Position numbers and translations under genes: made by a program
The notes under the pieces: model-generated
The model's input: only the letters and a program-made list of their open reading frames with translations
Databases searched by the model: none
Told to the model about the DNA's origin: nothing
In this document: positions 62,065-64,000 of the stretch, one piece after another
Position numbering within the stretch: the first letter of the stretch is position 1
Layout of the letters: every line of letters begins with the position of its first letter
Assembly: GCF_004010195.1 (NCBI RefSeq)
Contig: NC_057728.1
Span: 47,588,166-47,652,165, forward strand
DNA length: 64,000 nt
Direction: 5' to 3'
Source: Chiloscyllium plagiosum
Lineage: Eukaryota

Positions 62065-64000
62065 GTTATAGATATATACAGCATGGAAACAGACCCTTCA
62101 ATCCAACTTGTCCACGCTGACCAAATATCCGAAATAATTCTTGTCCCTTTTGCCCATATCCCTCTTTACCCCTCCTATTCATATACGCATCTAGATACCT
62201 CTTAAATGTTGTAATTGTACCAGGCTTTTCCACTTCTGGCAGCTCACTCCATACATGCACTACCCTCTGTGTGGTAAAAGTTGCCCCATACTTTCCCCCT
62301 CTAGTTTTGGACTCTCCCACCCTGGGAAAAAGACCTTGTCTATTTAGCCTCTCCATGCCCCTCATGACTTTAAACCTTATAAAATCACCCCTTAGTGAAA
62401 ATAGCCCGAGTCTATTCAGTTTCTCTCTATAGCTCAAACCCTCCAACCCTGACAACTTCCTCATAAATCCTTGCTGAACCCTTTCAAGTTTCACAACATC
62501 CTTCCTATGGCAGAGACTAAAATTGCATGCAGTAATCCAATAGTGGACGTACCAATGTCCTGTCCAGCTGCAACGTGACCTCCTAACTCCTATACGCAAT
62601 GAACTAACCAATAAAGGCAAGCAAAACAAACTGCTCCTCCACTATCCTGTCCACCTGAGACTCCACTTTAAAGGACCTATGAAGCTGCACTCCAGGGTCT
62701 CTTTGTTCAGCAATACTGCCCAGGACCTTACCATTGTGTATAAATCCTGCTAAGATGTGCTTTTCCAAAATGCCGCACCTCATGTTTTATCTAAATTAAA
62801 TTCCATCTGCCATTCTTAGGCCCATTGACCCATCTGATCAAGATCCTGTTGTACTCTGAGGTAACCTTCGCTGTCCACTTCACCTCCAATTTGTGTCATC
62901 AGCAAACTTATTAATCATATCTCCTATTTGACAAAACGCAGCGGACCCAGAACCAATCCTTGTAGCACACCACTGGTCACAGGCCTCCAGTTTGAAACAC
63001 AATGCTGCACCACTACCCTCTATCTTCTACCTTCGAGCCAGTTCTGTATCCAAATAACTAACTCTTCCTTTATTCCATGTGATCTAATCTTGCTAACCAA
63101 TCTACTGTGAGGAATCTTGAAGTCTGTACAGATTATGGCCACCGCTCTGCCCTCTTCATTACTACTTCAAAAAACTCAATCAAGTTTGTGAGGCACAACA
63201 TGATTTCCCATGCACAAAGCCATGTTGTCTATTCTTAATCAGTCCTTGCCTTTCCAAATACATGTAAATTCTGTCCCTCAGGTTTCCCTCCAACAACTTA
63301 TCCACTACCAATGTCAGGCTTACTGGTCTATAGTTCACTGGCTTTTCTTTAACCACATTTCTTAAATAGTGGCACCATGTGAGCCAACCTCCAGTCTTCT
63401 AGCACCTCACCTGTGGCTATCAATGATACAGGTATCTCAACATGGGGCCTAGCAATTGTTTTATAGCTTCCCACAGAGTTTGAGTGTAGACCTGATCAAA
63501 CATTTATTCACTTTTATGCATTTTAAGACATCCATCACCTCTGTAATGTGGACGTTATCAAAATGTCGCTAATTATTTCCTGATGTTTATCTTCCATATC
63601 CTTCTCCACACTTCAGCACTGATGCAAAATACTTGTTTAGAACCTCTGCGGCTCCACACATGGGTAGCCTTTTTGATCTTTTAAGGGGCCCTATTGTCCT
63701 TTGTGTATTTATAAAATCCTTGGGATTCTCCTTTTAATCCTATTTGCCAAAGCTGTCTCATGTCCTTTTTTCTTTGCCTTCCTGATGTCCCTTGAGAATG
63801 CTCCTTCTGCCTTTATACTCTCCGATGAATTTACTTGGTCTCTGCTGTCTGTACCTGAGATGTGCTTCCTCCTTTTGCTTGACTAAAACCTCAATTTCTC
63901 TAGTCATTCAACATTCCCCACACCTACCAGCCTTGCCCGTCACCCTGTCAGGAACCTACTGTTTCTGGAGTCTAGCTGCCTTTTTTATTTTGAAGGTTCC
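62065..64000 (-). mobile_element. CR1-type LINE, long decayed copy running off the right edge
   Basis: RKDVVKLERVQQGFMRKLSGLEGLSYREKLNRLGLFSL on the minus strand; upstream RT motifs; 3' tail near 62065. Confidence 0.85.

Overview
Eukaryotic genomic DNA, most likely from a shark or other elasmobranch. This is inferred from the HE1-type V-SINEs, CR1/HER1-type LINEs and abundant Penelope-like elements. Two protein-coding genes diverge from a ~10 kb repeat-rich intergenic region. TMEM19 lies on the minus strand (5' exons at ~0.8-1.2 kb) and runs off the left edge. ZFC3H1, the PAXT nuclear-exosome adaptor, lies on the plus strand from ATG 11482. It has 22 visible phase-compatible coding exons (4302 nt, 1434 codons) up to 59329 and continues past the right edge; one expected exon is absent and probably lies in the 500-N gap at 31617-32116. 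ZFC3H1 intron 1 is a U12-type (minor spliceosome) GT-AG intron. Introns and intergenic DNA carry two clades of Penelope-like retroelements whose terminal repeats contain minimal hammerhead-ribozyme motifs, two of them intact and sense-oriented inside ZFC3H1 introns. Other notable structures are nested insertions with clear TSDs, a pogo/Tigger-like MITE and a locally templated insertion. Gene and repeat identities come from my recall of known families, not from database searches. I found no convincing wholly new system; the best leads are the intronic ribozymes and the regulatory potential of the minor intron.
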